A stretch of 57,133 nucleotides of DNA from positions 1 through 57,133 of the forward strand of contig JABWBI010000001.1 in the NCBI GenBank assembly GCA_013360565.1, given 5' to 3'. The notes below the pieces were generated by a model. It made no database searches. It saw only the letters and a program-made list of their open reading frames with translations, and was not told the origin of the DNA. This stretch comes from Candidatus Sumerlaeia bacterium (GTDB lineage Bacteria; Sumerlaeota; Sumerlaeia; JABWBI01). This document shows positions 54,275 through 57,133 of this stretch, piece by piece. Both the position numbers and the translations under genes were made by a program. Position 1 is the first letter of the stretch; the number at the start of each line of letters is the position of its first letter.

Positions 54275-55441
54275 TCAGGGCCGATTCAAGACGAAGTCGC
54301 CGGAGTAGGGCGCGAGCGTGACACTCGTCACGACCTGCCCGCTCTGGTTGTACCACACACCCGCGGGGAGTGGGATTGTCTTCGTTGCCGACGTCGGGTT
54401 GACGTACACGTGGCCATTGAGGAAGCGGCGGTGGCCGTAGTTCTGGGAGAAGTTGACCGTGAGCGGGCCCATGGGGCGGCCCAGCAGAGACGCGCGGTCA
54501 TACCAGGAGTAATACGGAGGCTGACGGGACGAACCCGTGGTCGGGATGTACCCGTAGTACAGCCGGCTGCCGTCGGTCACCAGCAGCGCGTTGCAGAAGC
54601 TGTAGAGCGCCCGGCGCATGTTGTCGTGCGCGCCATAGCGGATGCAGATCATGTGGTGCCGCCGGCTCATCGCCTGCGTCAGCTCGTTCATCTGCGTGTA
54701 CCACTGATACGGATCCTCGGGGCTGAACTTCTCCTGCATTCCCGCGTCCATGTGAGCCATGTAGTCCTGCCAGACCGGCACGTTGTTCACCGTGAACCAG
54801 CCGATGTTGCCCGTGAACCACAGGCCGTACTGGTGGAGGGTGTTCTGCTGATAGCGCAGAAACTGCACCATCGCCTGCTGGAGCTGCGCGTCGCTCGAGT
54901 AGGGGCTCGGGGCGCCGTAGACACCGCGGTAGGTCCACAGGTCGTCGGCGAAGACGCCGTCCCAGCCCTGCTCGAGGGAGTCGGTGATCACCTTCTGCGC
55001 GAAGAACTGCTGCCAGCCGGTGCTCTCCGGCCGCATGGCATAGGCATCGACCGTCCCATTGCCATCCCAGTCCCACGAGATGCGATTGCCCTGGGAGTCG
55101 GTCTGGAACCAGCTGCTGCTGTTGAGTGAAGTGTTGTTGATGACGTTGTCGTAGAACTCGACGCTCTCGACATCGTTGCGGACATGGAGCCCCATCCCGC
55201 TCTTGTAGAGCAGGCACACGAGTTGGGGATTGGCCTGTCGGAACTCGGCCAGCTTGCCGGCTGACCATTCGTGGAGAATCACGGCGTCATACTGAGTGGC
55301 AAGGGTGCGGAGCCCCGCGTGGTCATCGCCCCCGGGGACCATGAAATAGGTCACCAGGCGCACGGGCCGGCTTTCGCCGGCGAGGGCTGCCGTCGCTGCC
55401 AATCCGCAAAACGCCGCGATTCCAAGCGTGCGCTTGAACAT
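54275..55441 (-). CDS. Secreted putative glycoside hydrolase (GHL15 / GH114-like TIM-barrel family)
   Basis: Signal peptide MFKRTLGIAAFCGLAATAALA. Rich in W/Y/N/Q. Blocks WDGVFADDLW, GLWFTGNIGWF and MQEKF recall the hypothetical-glycosyl-hydrolase/endo-alpha-1,4-polygalactosaminidase-like families. The CDS is solid, the function tentative. Confidence 0.65.
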   Translation of the reverse strand: MFKRTLGIAAFCGLAATAALAGESRPVRLVTYFMVPGGDDHAGLRTLATQYDAVILHEWSAGKLAEFRQANPQLVCLLYKSGMGLHVRNDVESVEFYDNVINNTSLNSSSWFQTDSQGNRISWDWDGNGTVDAYAMRPESTGWQQFFAQKVITDSLEQGWDGVFADDLWTYRGVYGAPSPYSSDAQLQQAMVQFLRYQQNTLHQYGLWFTGNIGWFTVNNVPVWQDYMAHMDAGMQEKFSPEDPYQWYTQMNELTQAMSRRHHMICIRYGAHDNMRRALYSFCNALLVTDGSRLYYGYIPTTGSSRQPPYYSWYDRASLLGRPMGPLTVNFSQNYGHRRFLNGHVYVNPTSATKTIPLPAGVWYNQSGQVVTSVTLAPYSGDFVLNRP

Positions 55442-55806
55442 CGCAGTGTCCTTTCGCCCTCCGCTGCCGGAGGGGGTCGCGGATTCCGATCCGGCCCACC
55501 GGACGCCTCTCGGCGTCGGGAGGCGCGGAGACCGAATCTGCTCCTCAAAGAGCGGTGGCGCTCGGGTCTGGACGCGCCTTTGGAAGCCTGTCTGACTTCC
55601 ATGTCTCTTATCGGGGAGAGAACTGAGGGGATGTAATTTGCCGAGGTCGGATTCTCCGGGTTTGGAACAGTCCGAGAGGCGGGAAATCGGCTTGGAGAGT
55701 CACCTCGCGTCCCGCCCGCCAGATCGCTCGATCTCCATGTGCATAAAATGTTGCGTTTCAATGATCCATGGACCGCAAGAGCCCCGGCCCGACCCACCGC
55801 CGCCAT

Positions 55807-55837
55807 GAGCAAAGGGCCCGGCACGCCGGGCCCTTGC
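55807..55837 (-). terminator. Hairpin about 50 nt downstream of the bacilliredoxin gene
   Basis: AGCAAAGGGCCCGG-cacg-CCGGGCCCTTGCT with one bulged base. The U tract is weak (TTTGCT only). Confidence 0.35.
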
Positions 55838-55869
55838 TGGGGGAGGGGGAGGGAGGAAAGGAGGAAGAG
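55838..55869 (+). repeat. 32-nt uninterrupted polypurine / G-tract element
   Basis: The sequence gggggagggggagggaggaaaggaggaagagg is all purine on the plus strand, with G5, G5 and G3 runs followed by GG runs. It lies between the hairpin and the bacilliredoxin stop. Confidence 0.9.
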
Positions 55870-55886
55870 GCCCTGGCGGAGCCGCC

Positions 55887-56396
55887 TCACAGGCGCGGAA
55901 CGTTGGACCCGCACTGCTGAACCGGGACCACCTTGGCAAACTCCTCGGGCGGAATCGAAGGGCCAGCGGCAGTGCAGTGTGCATCGAAAGCCCGCGAGAG
56001 ACTGTCGGCGATCATGGCCGGGTTCATCTGCTCGATGTGGGCCCTCTGCAGCACATGCACGGGCTTGCCGTCCTTGAACAGCGCGATGCACGGCGAGGAG
56101 GGAGGAACCTCGGGCATCAGGCGCCGGGCTTGGTCCACCGCCTCGCGGTCGACGCCGGCGAACACCGTCGTGCAGCGGTCAGGAATCCGGCTGTGCTGAA
56201 GGGCGAGCATGACGCCCGGGCGCGCGCTCCCGGCGGCGCAGCCACAGACCGAATTGACCACGACGAGGGCGGTCCCGGGTGACTTGACGTCGGCGTCCAC
56301 TTCCTCGGGGGTCCGCAGCGACTTCACGCCGACGCGGTTGAGCTCCTCCCACATCGGGCGGCAGGCTTCGGGGTCATAGAGAGGCGGAAGGGCCAT
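55887..56396 (-). CDS. Bacilliredoxin (BrxA/BrxB, YphP/YqiW, DUF1094 family)
   Basis: Motifs MWEEL...GVKSLRTPEEVD, VVVNSVCGCAAGSARP (CGC redox motif at 56238-56246), and IALFKDGKPVHVLQRAHIE. Confidence 0.85.
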   Translation of the reverse strand: MALPPLYDPEACRPMWEELNRVGVKSLRTPEEVDADVKSPGTALVVVNSVCGCAAGSARPGVMLALQHSRIPDRCTTVFAGVDREAVDQARRLMPEVPPSSPCIALFKDGKPVHVLQRAHIEQMNPAMIADSLSRAFDAHCTAAGPSIPPEEFAKVVPVQQCGSNVPRL

Positions 56397-56629
56397 GGGT
56401 GCGCGTTTCCTCGCTCCAGATGGAATCTGACAGTCGCCCCTGACCTTCCGGACTCAGCGGCCTTTCGTCAAGGACAAAAATGGACAGATTTGGTACTCTA
56501 TCACCTGGACACTCCCCCGACCCGCTCATTGCCTGTGACGACGATGATGTCACGGACTCATCGCGAGTCTCCCCGGGACAGCAGAATATTCCTTTTTCAA
56601 TCCCTCGCTGTGTGAGAGCCTCGAAGACC

Positions 56630-57133
56630 ATGGAGCGTTTCGACATCATCGTCGTCGGCGGCGGTCACGCGGGCGTCGAGGCGGCGCACGCCGCCGCACG
56701 CCTGGGTGCGGAGACCCTCCTCGCCACAGGGAATCCGGACCGCATTGCCTGGATGCCCTGTAACCCGGCCATCGGCGGCTTGGCCAAAGGCCATCTCGTG
56801 CGCGAGATCGACGCGCTGGGTGGCCTCATGGGCCGGGCGATCGATGCGACGGGCATCCAGTTTCGCGTCCTCAACCGCTCGAAGGGCCCCGCGGTTCAGG
56901 GACCGCGAGCCCAGGCCGACAAGCACGCTTACCGGCGCTGGATCCGTGACGTGCTCGAGTCGACGCCCCGCCTGACGGTCCGCCAGCTCAACATCACCGG
57001 TGTCGAGACGGCGCGCGGGGTGCTGGGTATCATCGACGATCGGGGGCGCCTCATCCGTGCCGGCGCCGTGATCCTGACAACCGGCACCTTCCTCGACGGC
57101 CTGTGTCACACGGGCCTCTCCTCGTTCGCCGGA
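56630..57133 (+). CDS. mnmG: tRNA uridine 5-carboxymethylaminomethyl modification enzyme MnmG (5' fragment, runs off the window)
   Basis: This gene is not in the ORF track because it has no stop within the window. Manual translation from the ATG at 56630 gives [31 protein letters not shown]...[27 protein letters not shown]....[25 protein letters not shown], which is canonical GidA/MnmG. Confidence 0.93.
   Translation, partial: MERFDIIVVGGGHAGVEAAHAAARLGAETLLATGNPDRIAWMPCNPAIGGLAKGHLVREIDALGGLMGRAIDATGIQFRVLNRSKGPAVQGPRAQADKHAYRRWIRDVLESTPRLTVRQLNITGVETARGVLGIIDDRGRLIRAGAVILTTGTFLDGLCHTGLSSFAG

Noticed and set aside
55838-55880. GGAGGGAGGAAAGGAGG resembles the RNase P RNA P4 strand (GAGGAAAGUCCGG)
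   Set aside because: The invariant GUCCGGGC continuation is missing. The flanks lack other RNase P helices, and the region runs into the bacilliredoxin CDS within 20 nt.
55271-56091. ORFs 55271..55636(+), 55351..56091(-) and 55739..56077(+) in or around the long spacer
   Set aside because: Their translations are Arg/Pro/Gly-rich, they overlap the real hydrolase or bacilliredoxin genes, and they have no RBS or motifs.
56397-56629. Short inverted repeats in the brx/mnmG divergent spacer (GTGAC-N9-GTCAC at 56535-56553; GACTC-N5-GAGTC)
   Set aside because: The arms are only 5 bp and are expected by chance in a spacer of this size. There is no associated regulator, so they are not reported as operators.

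Overview
High-G+C, gene-dense bacterial chromosomal segment. I support about 50 CDS, 2 tRNAs and 3 disrupted genes. I found no rRNA, CRISPR array, transposase, integrase or phage genes. Several markers suggest a Planctomycetota/PVC-type genome, which is inference only: a DUF1800/DUF1501 pair, prepilin-type GFTL(I/V)ELL proteins, an ECF sigma factor next to a Ser/Thr kinase, and TIGR04073-like proteins. All family calls are by-eye motif recognition with no database search. Layout: (1) 0.1-3.8 kb: SPOR-like secreted protein, ettA, secreted YHS/TRASH protein. (2) 3.9-12.6 kb: one co-directional plus-strand array of MBOAT O-acyltransferase, SGNH hydrolase, a four-gene translationally coupled ABC-2 operon ending in a His-rich TPR-like protein, IMPase, a membrane protein and a PIG-L deacetylase. 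(3) 12.6-14.6 kb: DprE2-like SDR and DprE1-like FAD oxidase. (4) 14.7-16.2 kb: two tandem TIGR04073-like paralogs and VanZ. (5) 16.2-22.2 kb: nucleoside-catabolism operon (deoB, unknown 658-aa secreted protein, PNP, deoA, DUF4416). (6) 22.3-29.6 kb: lone gspG, an S8-like protein with an apparently degenerate catalytic triad, a GT-C glycosyltransferase, DUF1800/DUF1501. (7) 29.6-41 kb: housekeeping genes (ALDH, tilS, Kdo/WaaP-type kinase, metF, DJ-1/PfpI, glgB, pentapeptide protein, mscL, MFS, icd). (8) 41-47.4 kb: GH3, GH130, two frameshifted pilin-like genes, an ECF sigma gene with an in-frame TAG, and an intact Ser/Thr kinase. (9) 47.5-57.1 kb: tRNA-Pro, MerR, an NfeD membrane operon, tRNA-Leu, an ATP-grasp::LMW-PTP fusion with a coupled deacetylase, a GHL-type hydrolase, bacilliredoxin, and the 5' part of mnmG. 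The most unusual items are the ATP-grasp::LMW-PTP fusion locus, the S8-like protein lacking the canonical Asp and His, the locally decayed kinase/ECF/pilin module, the His-rich ABC-2 operon, and the DprE1/DprE2-like pair together with a GT-C transferase. Many long antisense or alternative-frame ORFs in the track are high-GC artefacts and were rejected.
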